Shown here piece after piece: positions 17,691 to 26,500 of a DNA stretch of 32,208 nucleotides. The notes beneath the pieces were generated by a model that was given only the letters and a program-made list of their open reading frames with translations, searched no databases and was not told the DNA's origin. Made by a program: the position numbers and the translations under genes. Numbering within the stretch: position 1 is the first letter of the stretch; every line of letters starts with the position of its first letter. The DNA comes from Minisyncoccota bacterium (GTDB lineage: Bacteria > Patescibacteriota > Minisyncoccia > UBA6257 > HR35). The stretch covers positions 1-32,208 of the forward strand of contig JAPYWP010000001.1 in NCBI GenBank assembly GCA_028276315.1. Reading direction: 5' to 3'.

Positions 17691-18096
17691 AGTAATTTTA
17701 ATAGGAAATTTAACACAAAATGTAGATTATAGAGTTTTAAATAATGGTCAAAGTGTTGCAAAATTAACTTTAGCAACAAATAGAGTTTTTACAGATAAAT
17801 CTGGAGAGAAAAGAGAAGAGACAGAATATCATTCTGTAATTGCTTGGGGGAAATTAGCAGAACTTTGTAATAAATTTTTAGAAAAGGGTAGAATGATTTA
17901 TGTTGAAGGAAGACTTAAAACAAGAACTTATGAGAATGCTCAAGGACAAAAAGTTAGTAAAACAGAAATAATTGCTGAAGTTATAAAATTTGGTCCAAAG
18001 CCAAAAGAAAAAGAAAATGCTGAAAAAGAATTAGAAGAAATTGATTTTATAGAGCCCGAGAGTGAAAATTTTGATATCTCGGACTTTGCATTCTAA
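17677..18096 (+). CDS. ssb: Single-stranded DNA-binding protein
   Basis: NKVILIGNLT, AWGKLAE, KGRMIYVEGRLKTR; acidic tail ending DISDFAF. Confidence 0.97.
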   Translation: MNINKVILIGNLTQNVDYRVLNNGQSVAKLTLATNRVFTDKSGEKREETEYHSVIAWGKLAELCNKFLEKGRMIYVEGRLKTRTYENAQGQKVSKTEIIAEVIKFGPKPKEKENAEKELEEIDFIEPESENFDISDFAF

Positions 18097-18097
18097 A

Positions 18098-18283
18098 ATG
18101 GCAGGCTGCGATATTTGTAAAACTAAATATTTAAAAGCAGTCAAAAGAAAAAAAATAAGAAGTAAATACAATCCTGTTAATGTTTATCGCCAGAAAGTAA
18201 ATGTTCAGAAAGTAAGAGTTAATGGAAAAGTACTAAAGCTTTGCCGTTCTTGTAGAAGAAAAGTTTTAAAAATTAAAGGTTAA
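18098..18283 (+). CDS. rpmB: 50S ribosomal protein bL28, zinc-ribbon CPR-like form
   Basis: ATG at 18098: MAGCDIC...RKKIRSKYNP...RQKVNVQ...LCRSCRR, with two CxxC pairs. Confidence 0.8.
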   Translation: MAGCDICKTKYLKAVKRKKIRSKYNPVNVYRQKVNVQKVRVNGKVLKLCRSCRRKVLKIKG

Positions 18284-19296
18284 AATTTTAAAATATCTTT
18301 TATTTTTTTAAGATGCAATTTTAACATAGCGCAATATCCCCATTCATTGTCATACCAGGAAAATATTTTAACAAGATCACCATCAACTACTCTTGTTAAT
18401 GTAAGATCAACTATAGCTCCATAAGGTTCTTTTAATATATCGCTAGATACAACTTGTTCCTCAACAACTTTTATTATATCTTTCCATTCATCTTTTTTAG
18501 CCTCATTTTTAATTATTTCGTTTATTTCAGAAACCGTAGTTTTTTTCTCTAAAAGTATGGTTAAATCAGATAAAGAACCAGAAATTACAGGAACTCTTAT
18601 AGAAATTCCATCAAATTTATTTTTTAAAAATGGTAAAACTTTTACAGTTGCTTCAGCTGCACCAGTTGTAGAAGGAATAATATTAAAGGCGGCAGCCCTT
18701 CCTCTTCTAAAATCATTTCCTTTAGAAATACTATCAACTAATGATTGAGTATTTGTGTAAGCATGGATCGTAGTTAAAACTGCTTTTTTAATCCCAAAAT
18801 ATTTTTGAATTATAGCTAAAACAGGATTAATAGAATTTGTAGTACAAGACGCATTAGAAGTTATTGATCCCTCATTAAATTCAATTATTTTATCCCAATC
18901 TCCAAGATTGGGAGTTAAAGTTAAAATATCATCTTTTGGTGGCGCAGTTAAAACAACAAATTTTGCACCAGCCTTTATATGTTTTAAAGCTTTCTCTCTT
19001 TCTGTAAAAACACCACTAGCCTCAACTACTATATCTATTTTAAGATCTTTCCATGGCAAATTTTCTGGTTCTTTTTCGTTTAAAATCAAAATTTCTTTAT
19101 CTTTTACTTTAAACTTATTTCCTTCTAAAATAAAATCATCAAATCTACCATAAACAGAATCATATTTTAAAAGATAGGCTAAATTTTCTGGACTTGAAAG
19201 ATCATTTATAGCAACAATATCAAAATCTTTATCATCAATTATTTGTCTAAAAAATATTCTACCTATTCTTCCAAATCCATTTATTGCTATTTTCAT
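18280..19296 (-). CDS. gap: Type I glyceraldehyde-3-phosphate dehydrogenase
   Basis: INGFGRIGR, catalytic ASCTTN, WYDNEWGY. Confidence 0.98.
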   Translation of the reverse strand: MKIAINGFGRIGRIFFRQIIDDKDFDIVAINDLSSPENLAYLLKYDSVYGRFDDFILEGNKFKVKDKEILILNEKEPENLPWKDLKIDIVVEASGVFTEREKALKHIKAGAKFVVLTAPPKDDILTLTPNLGDWDKIIEFNEGSITSNASCTTNSINPVLAIIQKYFGIKKAVLTTIHAYTNTQSLVDSISKGNDFRRGRAAAFNIIPSTTGAAEATVKVLPFLKNKFDGISIRVPVISGSLSDLTILLEKKTTVSEINEIIKNEAKKDEWKDIIKVVEEQVVSSDILKEPYGAIVDLTLTRVVDGDLVKIFSWYDNEWGYCAMLKLHLKKIKDILKF

Positions 19297-20282
19297 GTTA
19301 ATATTTTTTCTTTTATTTTATCTTCTATTTTTTCTTCTTTTTTAATTAATGACCTAAAATTAAATATGAATCTATTTAAAATTCTCTCAAACTCTTGAAT
19401 ATTCGAAAAACTATATCTTAATTGATTATAAGACTTTTCAAATTGATTTGCAAGCTCAACTAAATCTTTTTCCAGTTGATGCAAATTATTTAATATTTGA
19501 TTAATATTTTCGCTAATTTGCTTTCGCGAAGAAAGTAAAAGCAAAGAAGAACACATAACTTCAAAATTTTTTGGAGATGTTATAAAAACAGATTTTTCTC
19601 TTGCATATTCCCAAACTTCATCAAAATCTTTATCAGTTAAAAGTTCATAATAAATACTTTCATTTGCTAAATACATTAAAGCAAATTCTACCGTACCTTT
19701 TGATGGTAAAATATATTTTTTAGAAATACTTTCTATTTGTGCTTTCAATTTTTTTATTAATTCTTTTTTGGTATTTTGTCTTTCATCTTTTGAAAAAATT
19801 CCAGCAAAATTAGAAACTGGAAACTTTGAATCAATAGGAATTAAAATATCATTAATTTTAATAACAAAATCTACCTTATCAGTACCTATAGGATATTGTT
19901 TTTCATAAAGATTTGATGGTAATCTTTTTAAAATTTCTTCAAGCATTCGTTCTCCCAAAAATCCTCTTTCTTTAGGGCCCGAGAGAATTTCTTTTAAAGT
20001 TTTCATTTCTTCAGCGCTTAGCTTAATATCTCTTGTTAATTCTTCTATTTTAAATGTGTACTCCATTATCTTTTCCTGCTTTTTTAATGTACTATCTAAA
20101 TGTTCTTCTACTTCTTTTTTTAAAAGAGAAAAATTTTCTGTAATTTTATTTTGGAGATCCAAAAATTTTTGAAGATCAACATCTTTGTTTTTAATTATAA
20201 AATTTTCCAGATCTTTTTTTAAAAGAAAGTATAATAAAGCTACTGCAATTAGAATTATTAAAATATTTAAAAATAATGTCAT
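19293..20282 (-). CDS. rmuC: RmuC family DNA recombination protein
   Basis: N-terminal TM helix and coiled coil; KERGFLGE..LE.IL, VDFVI, PIDSKFP, KKYILP..GTVEFALMY. Confidence 0.9.
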   Translation of the reverse strand: MTLFLNILIILIAVALLYFLLKKDLENFIIKNKDVDLQKFLDLQNKITENFSLLKKEVEEHLDSTLKKQEKIMEYTFKIEELTRDIKLSAEEMKTLKEILSGPKERGFLGERMLEEILKRLPSNLYEKQYPIGTDKVDFVIKINDILIPIDSKFPVSNFAGIFSKDERQNTKKELIKKLKAQIESISKKYILPSKGTVEFALMYLANESIYYELLTDKDFDEVWEYAREKSVFITSPKNFEVMCSSLLLLSSRKQISENINQILNNLHQLEKDLVELANQFEKSYNQLRYSFSNIQEFERILNRFIFNFRSLIKKEEKIEDKIKEKILT

Positions 20283-20647
20283 ACCAATGCTTGAGCTAAA
20301 GAAACTATCCTATCATATCCCCAATCTTTAAATTCTCTTGGAATTGGTCCAAAAATTCTAGTTCCTTTTATATCTTTTTCTTTATCTAAAATAACAGCTG
20401 CATTTTCAAAAAATCTAACATAGCTACCATCTTTTCTTCTCCATGGTTTTTTCTGTCTAACAATTACAGCTCTAACTACTGTACCCTTTTTAATCTCACT
20501 AGTTGGTAATGCTTCTTTTACAGTACATACAATAACCTCTCCTATTTCCGCGTATCTCTTTTTAGAATATCCTGGAATTCCAATACACTGGAGTTTTTTA
20601 ACTCCAGTATTATCAGCTACATTTAAAATTGTTCTATGTTGAATCAT
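20279..20647 (-). CDS. rplN: 50S ribosomal protein uL14
   Basis: MIQHRTILNVADNTG, RRKDGSYVRF, GTRIFGP. Confidence 0.98.
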   Translation of the reverse strand: MIQHRTILNVADNTGVKKLQCIGIPGYSKKRYAEIGEVIVCTVKEALPTSEIKKGTVVRAVIVRQKKPWRRKDGSYVRFFENAAVILDKEKDIKGTRIFGPIPREFKDWGYDRIVSLAQALV

Positions 20648-21306
20648 ATTTTTTCTCCTTTATAAAGCCAAACTTTTATTCCAACAACACCATAAGTACA
20701 ATAAGCTCTATTTTCAGCATAATCAATAATACTTCTAAAAGTAGAAAGAGGAACTTTACCTTTTGGATCGGTTAACCATTCTGATCTTGCAATTTCAGCA
20801 CCATTTAATCTACCTGAGATTTTTACTTTAACCCCTAAAATTTCTTTATGTTGAAGAGCTCTTTGAATTAATCTTTTCATAACTTTCCTAACAGGCATTC
20901 TTTTTTCTATCTCAATGGCAGCAAGTTCAGCCAATATAGCAGCCGAAGCATATGGTTTTTTAACTTCAATAACTTCTATACCTAACATTGGCATTTGTTT
21001 TTCTTTATAAATTTCATTTAATTTTTCTAAAATACTTTCTTTAAGATCCTTTAATTTTTTACCCTCAGAACCAATAATTAAACCAGGCCTTGCTGTTTTT
21101 ATAATTACGTTTAGTTTCTCATTGCTTGGTCTTTCTATTTCTATTTTCTCAATACCGGCTCTTTTAAATTTTTTATTTATTAAATTTCTAATAACAAAAT
21201 CAACAAATAAATTAAACTTCAAATTAGAAGAAGAGGGAAACCACCTTGATCGCCAATATTCATTTATTCCTATTCTCAAACCTATTGGATTTGTTTTGTG
21301 CCCCAT
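20644..21306 (-). CDS. rpsC: 30S ribosomal protein uS3
   Basis: MGHKTNPIGLRIG, ARPGLIIG (KH domain), SGRLNGAEIARSE, YGVVGIKVW. Confidence 0.98.
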   Translation of the reverse strand: MGHKTNPIGLRIGINEYWRSRWFPSSSNLKFNLFVDFVIRNLINKKFKRAGIEKIEIERPSNEKLNVIIKTARPGLIIGSEGKKLKDLKESILEKLNEIYKEKQMPMLGIEVIEVKKPYASAAILAELAAIEIEKRMPVRKVMKRLIQRALQHKEILGVKVKISGRLNGAEIARSEWLTDPKGKVPLSTFRSIIDYAENRAYCTYGVVGIKVWLYKGEKI

Positions 21307-21321
21307 AATAAAATTAATAAA

Positions 21322-21837
21322 TTATTTATCAATTGATTTTCTTCTAAATATCTTTGGAATAATTATATCAAATTTTGACTTTTGCTCCTTTTGTTCGACT
21401 TCTCTAATTTGCTTTTCTTCTTTTTGCTCTTTTTCAGATTTTTCTTTCTTCTTATTCTTTTTAATTAATTCCTCTATCTCTTTATCAGTTAATTCTTTAT
21501 AACCATCCAATGATTCTAAAACTAATTTTATATGAGAGCTTCTTTTTAAAATTAAGCTTGCTCTACCATAAGCTCTTGGTAAATATCTTTTCAATCTTGG
21601 CCCCTCATTTACTTGAATCTCTTTAATAACTAAATATTCTTTTGGAACTCTTTTTTCTATTGCAAAGCTAGTAATTCCAGATTTAATTAACTTCATCAAA
21701 TCTTTTGCCGCTCTTTTTTTAACATAATTTAAAATAGATATCGCGTCGATAGCTTTTTTTCCTCTAATTAAATCAGCAACTAATCTTACTTTTCTTGGTG
21801 CAATTCTTAAATAATTTAAATAAAATGTCTTTTGCAT
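21322..21837 (-). CDS. rplV: 50S ribosomal protein uL22 with charged C-terminal extension
   Basis: LRIAPRKVRLVADLIRGK, VNEGPRLKRYLPRAYGRA; about 60-aa K/E-rich tail ending KIFRRKSIDK. Confidence 0.97.
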   Translation of the reverse strand: MQKTFYLNYLRIAPRKVRLVADLIRGKKAIDAISILNYVKKRAAKDLMKLIKSGITSFAIEKRVPKEYLVIKEIQVNEGPRLKRYLPRAYGRASLILKRSSHIKLVLESLDGYKELTDKEIEELIKKNKKKEKSEKEQKEEKQIREVEQKEQKSKFDIIIPKIFRRKSIDK

Positions 21838-22163
21838 TATTTATTAAGTGCAGCTTGTGCTGCTTTTAATTTTTGCTCTAATTCTCTTTGTTTTTTACCA
21901 CCATGCTTTATAAACTTTCTTGTAGGAGCAAATTCTCCCAATCTATGGCCAACCATATCTTCTACTACCCTAACCTCTATAAAATTTTTTCCATTATGAA
22001 CAGCAAATGTTAAACCAACCATCTCTGGTGTTATCATTGCTGCTCTATACCAAGTCTTTATTACAGCCTTTTCCCTTTCTTTTTCTGGCAAACTTTTTAC
22101 TTTTTCTACCTTTTTTAATAATTTTTCTGGTACGTAAAATCCTTTTTTAAGGCTTCTTCCCAT
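21837..22163 (-). CDS. rpsS: 30S ribosomal protein uS19
   Basis: [33 protein letters not shown]. Confidence 0.98.
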   Translation of the reverse strand: MGRSLKKGFYVPEKLLKKVEKVKSLPEKEREKAVIKTWYRAAMITPEMVGLTFAVHNGKNFIEVRVVEDMVGHRLGEFAPTRKFIKHGGKKQRELEQKLKAAQAALNK

Positions 22164-22197
22164 ATTTTGCTTTTTGAATTAATTAGATTTATAATTA

Positions 22198-22211
22198 ATT
22201 ATAACATAAAA
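22198..22211 (-). promoter_or_regulatory. Extended -10 promoter for the rpsS-rplV-rpsC-rplN unit
   Basis: Minus strand TTTTATGTTATAAT, 34 nt upstream of the rpsS ATG; identical to the tuf promoter string. Confidence 0.55.
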
Positions 22212-22216
22212 TAAAG

Positions 22217-22387
22217 ATGGGATTTTTAAGAGGAATTTTTAAAAATATTAATAGCGAAAAATTTTTAGATTTAGCTATTTTAATCTTACTTTTAATCTTT
22301 GTTTTTAATTTAGGATTTATTTTTGGCGCTAAAATATTTAAACAAAGTCCAATAATTATAAACTGCCCAGAATATGGAAATAATTGA
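22217..22387 (+). CDS. Small single-TM hypothetical protein, 56 aa (not in ORF track)
   Basis: Hand translation: MGFLRGIFKNINSEKFLDLAILILLLIFVFNLGFIFGAKIFKQSPIIINCPEYGNN*. Fills the gap between rpsS and rplI. Confidence 0.6.
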   Translation: MGFLRGIFKNINSEKFLDLAILILLLIFVFNLGFIFGAKIFKQSPIIINCPEYGNN

Positions 22388-22478
22388 TATTTTAGGAATA
22401 ACAATATTTTTTCTTTTCTTTTTATTAATTTTATTTTTTAAATTTTTGGATCTTTATGAAAAATATTGGGAAACTTAA
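22374..22478 (+). CDS. Small single-TM hypothetical protein, 34 aa (not in ORF track)
   Basis: Hand translation: MEIIDILGITIFFLFFLLILFFKFLDLYEKYWET*. Overlaps the previous ORF by 14 nt and shares a TTAA stop overlap with rplI. Confidence 0.45.
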   Translation: MEIIDILGITIFFLFFLLILFFKFLDLYEKYWET

Positions 22479-22921
22479 TCTTCTTTTGGTTTTACAATTA
22501 CATTTATCTCTGCCTCAATACCATAAGGAAAAATAACTTTTACTTTATGTTCTCCAGTATTTTTAATTTTATTTATATCAACATCAAAATCATCATAAAT
22601 TAAATTCTTTTCCTTTAAAAATTCTTTTATTTTTGAAATTATATCTTTTTTAGAAATTGAGCCAAATATTACTTTATCTTTTTGTACTTTAAGTAAAAAT
22701 TCAAAACTTTTATTATTTAAAATATTACAAATTTCCTTTACTTTCTCTTTTTCTTTTTCCTGATCTTTTTGCTCTTTTTTAATTTTTTTCTCTAAATTTT
22801 CATCAAATAAAACAGCATAGTTATTTGGCTTTAAAAAATTAAAAAAATAACCAGGTTTAACATCTTTAATTTCCCCTTTTTTTGCAACTCCAGGTAATTC
22901 TTTTATAAAATAAACCTTCAT
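22475..22921 (-). CDS. rplI: 50S ribosomal protein bL9
   Basis: MKVYFIKELPGVAKKGEIKDVKPGYFFNFLKP N-domain, helical linker, IFGSISKKDI and IKNTGEHKVKV C-domain. Confidence 0.95.
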   Translation of the reverse strand: MKVYFIKELPGVAKKGEIKDVKPGYFFNFLKPNNYAVLFDENLEKKIKKEQKDQEKEKEKVKEICNILNNKSFEFLLKVQKDKVIFGSISKKDIISKIKEFLKEKNLIYDDFDVDINKIKNTGEHKVKVIFPYGIEAEINVIVKPKED

Positions 22922-22931
22922 AAATATAATT

Positions 22932-23777
22932 TTAATATATTTGGCAAATTGGACAAAAATAACTTGATCTTTGCTTTATTTTTATAACTTTAATTTCACT
23001 ATTACATCTTTTGCATTTTTTCATTTTATAAACTCTTCTATAAAAACCATAAAGACCAATTTTACCATCTAAAAGCCTGTAGTCTGAAATTGAAATTCCT
23101 TTTAATTTTATTGCTTCTTTTAAAATTTTTTTAATATTTTCAAATAAAGCTTTAGCTAATTTTTCATTCAAACTTATACCAAGCGTGTTTGGATTTATTT
23201 TACTTTCCCACAGTGCTTCATCGCTATAAATATTTCCTATACCAGAAAAACAATTTTGTTCCATTAAAATTTCTTTTATTCTTTTCTTTTTCAAAATACA
23301 TTTATAAAAATAATCAAAATCAATGCTTAAAACATCTGGACCAATATCCTCTTTTATCTTTTTTAAAATATCTTCCTTTCCAATTAAATTTTTTGAAAAT
23401 TTTCTAACATCGCAAAGACCTAAATCTAGAGGAAAATCCAAAAAGAAAATAGCTCTTATAAATAAATTTTTAGGATCATCCTTAAGTGGACCATCAATTA
23501 ATGGGAAAATTTTCCCATTTTCTATTTTCCATTTTCCTAAAAGAAGATGCCCTGTTAATTTTTGATGCAAAATCCAAAAAAATCCTTCAGAAAGTTTAAA
23601 AATTATATATTTGCCTCTATTAAAAACATCTAAAATCTTTTTATTTTTAATATTTTCTCTAAAATAATCAAAATTTTTAAAAATCCCAAAAGTATCTGTA
23701 AAAACGTCTTTTATAATAACTCCTTTTATTTTTTTTAAAGATTTTACAGTTGTAATTACTTCTGGTAATTCTGGCAT
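22932..23777 (-). CDS. mutM: Formamidopyrimidine-DNA glycosylase (Fpg)
   Basis: N-terminal PELPEV, RGKY, GIGNIYSDE (H2TH), C-terminal CxxC...RSSYFCPICQ zinc finger. Confidence 0.96.
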   Translation of the reverse strand: MPELPEVITTVKSLKKIKGVIIKDVFTDTFGIFKNFDYFRENIKNKKILDVFNRGKYIIFKLSEGFFWILHQKLTGHLLLGKWKIENGKIFPLIDGPLKDDPKNLFIRAIFFLDFPLDLGLCDVRKFSKNLIGKEDILKKIKEDIGPDVLSIDFDYFYKCILKKKRIKEILMEQNCFSGIGNIYSDEALWESKINPNTLGISLNEKLAKALFENIKKILKEAIKLKGISISDYRLLDGKIGLYGFYRRVYKMKKCKRCNSEIKVIKIKQRSSYFCPICQIY

Positions 23778-23780
23778 AAA

Positions 23781-24578
23781 TTATTCATTTAAATTTTTCT
23801 CATTTAAAATTTCTAAAAAATTCCAAAGATCTTTTGTGCTGAAAAATTTAACAGAAACTTTTATTTTACCATCTTCTGACTTTTGAATATCAACTTTTGA
23901 CTGTAAAATTTCTTCAAGCTTTCTTTTTAAAAAAGCAATTTCAGGATCTAATTCTTTTTGCTCTTTTTTATTTTCTTTCAATTTTTGTGTCTCTTGCAGT
24001 GTTAAACCTTCATTTATTATTTTAAGAAAAATTTTTTTCTGAAGTTCAACATTTTCTATTGAAAGAAGTATTCTTGCATGAGCTTCTGAAATTTTGCCAC
24101 TTTTTAGCGCTTCTTGAATTTCTTCTGGAAGTTTTAAAAGCCTTATTGTATTTGCAACATAAGCCCTTGATTTTCCTATCCTTGAAGCTATCTCAATCTG
24201 AGTCATACCAAATTCTTCCATTAATCTTGCAAAAGCCTTTGCTCTTTCTATTGGATTTAAATCTTCTCTTTGAATATTTTCAATTAAAGCAACCTCAAGT
24301 TTTGCTTTATCTGATAACTCTTTTATAATTGCAGGAACTGTTTTTAATCCTATAAGTTTTGCAGCTTGCAACCTTCTTTCTCCAGCAACAAGTTCATACC
24401 AAACATCAATACCATTTTCTGTTTGAATTTCTTTTCTCGTAACAATTAAAGGCTCTAAAATCCCAAATTCTTTTATAGACTCAGCTAATTCTTGTAAGCT
24501 TTCAGGGCTAAATATTTTTCTTGGTTGATAAGGATTTGGTAAAATTTTTTCTACTTCAATAAAATATATTTGCTCCAT
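23781..24578 (-). CDS. parB: ParB/Spo0J chromosome partitioning protein
   Basis: PNPYQPRK, LVAGERRLQA, ENIQREDLNPIE, HTH (TQIEIASRIGKSRAYVAN). Confidence 0.95.
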   Translation of the reverse strand: MEQIYFIEVEKILPNPYQPRKIFSPESLQELAESIKEFGILEPLIVTRKEIQTENGIDVWYELVAGERRLQAAKLIGLKTVPAIIKELSDKAKLEVALIENIQREDLNPIERAKAFARLMEEFGMTQIEIASRIGKSRAYVANTIRLLKLPEEIQEALKSGKISEAHARILLSIENVELQKKIFLKIINEGLTLQETQKLKENKKEQKELDPEIAFLKRKLEEILQSKVDIQKSEDGKIKVSVKFFSTKDLWNFLEILNEKNLNE

Positions 24579-24640
24579 GTTTTAATTATACAATATTTTT
24601 TAAAAAAATAAAATTTATTAAAAGATTTTATAATAATCTT
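24579..24640. promoter_or_regulatory. Back-to-back promoters for parB (-) and lepA (+), both apparently leaderless
   Basis: TATAAT on minus at 24585..24590 and on plus at 24629..24634, each exactly 6 nt before the ATG. Confidence 0.6.
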
Positions 24641-26380
24641 ATGATAGAGAAAATAAGAAATTTTTGCATCATTGCCCATATTGATCATGGCAAATCAACT
24701 TTAGCTGATAGATTTTTAGAAATTACTGGAGTTATTGAAAAAGAAAAAAATATAGAGCAATTTTTAGATCAATTAACTGTTGAAAGAAAACATGGAGTTA
24801 CTGTTAAAATGCAGCCCGTAAGATTAAATTATAAAGGTTTTATATTAAATCTAATTGATACTCCTGGCCATAGTGATTTTTCTTATGAAGTAAAAAGAGC
24901 ATTAAGTGCAGTAGAGGGAGCAATATTGCTTGTAGATGCAACCCAAGGAATTCAAGCACAAACAATTTTTCATTTCAATGAAGCAAAAAAGCAAAATAAA
25001 ATAATTATACCTGTAATTAATAAGATTGATCTAAAAGATCCATCATATAACTTAATAGAAGAACTAAAAAATATGACAGGGCTATCACCAATATTAGTAT
25101 CAGCAAAACTAGGTTATGGCGTAGAAGAAGTCTTAGAAAAAATAATTGAATTAATTCCTTACCCAAAAATAGAAAAAGAAAAATTAGCCCTTATTTTTGA
25201 TAGTCATTATGAAAAATATAAGGGGGTAGTTTTTCATATAAGAGTTTTTGGTGGTGAATTTAAAGAAGGAGATGAAGTTATTTTGCCTAATATAAATCAA
25301 AAAGTTAAGATAATTGAAGTTGGTTATTTTTTGCCACAAATGGAAAAAACAGAAAAAATTCTATCTGGCGAAATTGGATATTTAATTAGCAATTTGAAAA
25401 AATCAAATATTTTTTTAGTTGGGGAAAGTATTACAGAAGGAGGTAAAGGTCAGTTTAAATTTGAAAAGCCACAAAGTTTTATCTATGCCTCATTTTTCCC
25501 TCAAGAAGAAAAAGACTTTTTAAAATTTAAGGAAGTTATAGAAAAAATTTGGTTAAATGATCCTTCTTTAAGCGTAGAAGAAATTTATCTTAAAAATTTT
25601 GGAAGAGGTTTTAAAATAGGATTTTTAGGCCTTTTTCATCTTGAAATAATAAAAGAAAGGATTGAAGAAGAATTTGGCACAAAAGTTATTATAACTTTCC
25701 CATTAATTAGCTATAAAGTAATCTTAAAAGATGGAAAAGAAATATTAATTACAGAAAATTTACCTCCAGAAAATCAAATAAAAGAAATTCAAGAACCATG
25801 GGTTGAAGGATTTATTATTGTTCCAAAAGAATATTCTTCTTTTGTTTTTGAATTAATAAAACAAAAAAGAGGAGAAATTGTACAAAAAACAGATTTTGAA
25901 GATAATTTAGAAATTTTCTTTAATATGCCCCTAGAAGAATTAGTTACAAATTTTTATGATATTTTAAAATCAAGAACATCTGGTTATGCCTCTTTTTGGT
26001 GGAAATTTAAAGAATACAGAAAAAATGAAATAGGAGAATTAGATATTTTAATTAATGAGACAAAAACATTTTCATTTTTAGTAGTAAAAGAAAAGGCAGA
26101 AAAAATTGGAAGAAATATTCTTTTAAAACTAAAAGAGTATCTTCCAAGAGAAAATTTTGCAATAAAACTTCAAGCTGCTTATAATAAAAAAATAATTGCA
26201 AGAGAAACAATACCTGCAATAGCAAAAAATCCTGCTGAATGGCTTTATGGTGGAGATAGAACAAGAAAAATGAAACTTTGGAAAAAACAAAAAGAAGGGA
26301 AAAAGAAACTTCAACAACTATCTAAAGGAAAAGCTAAAGTTCCATCAGAAGTTTTAATTAAAATTTTTAAAGAGTTATAA
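24641..26380 (+). CDS. lepA: Elongation factor 4 (LepA)
   Basis: IIAHIDHGKSTL, LIDTPGH, GFLGLFHLEII, YGGDRTRKMKLWKKQKEGKK C-terminal domain. Confidence 0.96.
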   Translation: MIEKIRNFCIIAHIDHGKSTLADRFLEITGVIEKEKNIEQFLDQLTVERKHGVTVKMQPVRLNYKGFILNLIDTPGHSDFSYEVKRALSAVEGAILLVDATQGIQAQTIFHFNEAKKQNKIIIPVINKIDLKDPSYNLIEELKNMTGLSPILVSAKLGYGVEEVLEKIIELIPYPKIEKEKLALIFDSHYEKYKGVVFHIRVFGGEFKEGDEVILPNINQKVKIIEVGYFLPQMEKTEKILSGEIGYLISNLKKSNIFLVGESITEGGKGQFKFEKPQSFIYASFFPQEEKDFLKFKEVIEKIWLNDPSLSVEEIYLKNFGRGFKIGFLGLFHLEIIKERIEEEFGTKVIITFPLISYKVILKDGKEILITENLPPENQIKEIQEPWVEGFIIVPKEYSSFVFELIKQKRGEIVQKTDFEDNLEIFFNMPLEELVTNFYDILKSRTSGYASFWWKFKEYRKNEIGELDILINETKTFSFLVVKEKAEKIGRNILLKLKEYLPRENFAIKLQAAYNKKIIARETIPAIAKNPAEWLYGGDRTRKMKLWKKQKEGKKKLQQLSKGKAKVPSEVLIKIFKEL

Positions 26381-26494
26381 TTATAAATTTTCTTATAAGA
26401 AGGAGTGAGGCTTGATTAGGAAAAATTTCCAATTTCAACCTTTAGAAGAATATACCCTAAAAACTTTTAATTAAAATTTTTAAAGAGTTATAAT
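26352..26494 (+). repeat. Exact 30-bp direct repeat (26352..26381 and 26465..26494) flanking an 83-bp spacer
   Basis: TTTTAATTAAAATTTTTAAAGAGTTATAAT read at both positions. The first copy is the lepA 3' end including its stop; the second ends 6 nt before the sodN ATG. Confidence 0.9.
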
Positions 26495-26500
26495 ATTATT

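Noticed and set aside
20279..20647. Alternative genetic code (UGA read as Gly/Trp)
   Set aside because: rplN and rpsC end at TGA at their expected lengths in ATGA overlaps, and no conserved gene has an in-frame TGA.
23781..24640. parS site or replication origin near the orphan parB
   Set aside because: No TGTTTCACGTGAAACA-like palindrome or DnaA-box cluster was seen, and the intergenic space is only 62 bp.
26382..26464. SRP RNA or NiCo riboswitch upstream of sodN
   Set aside because: I found neither the SRP helix-8 motif (CAGG...GGAA...AGCAG) nor the GC-rich four-way junction of the NiCo family.
26352..26494. 30-bp repeat pair as a CRISPR array
   Set aside because: Only two copies, the 83-bp spacer is too long, no cas genes are nearby, and one copy is lepA coding sequence.
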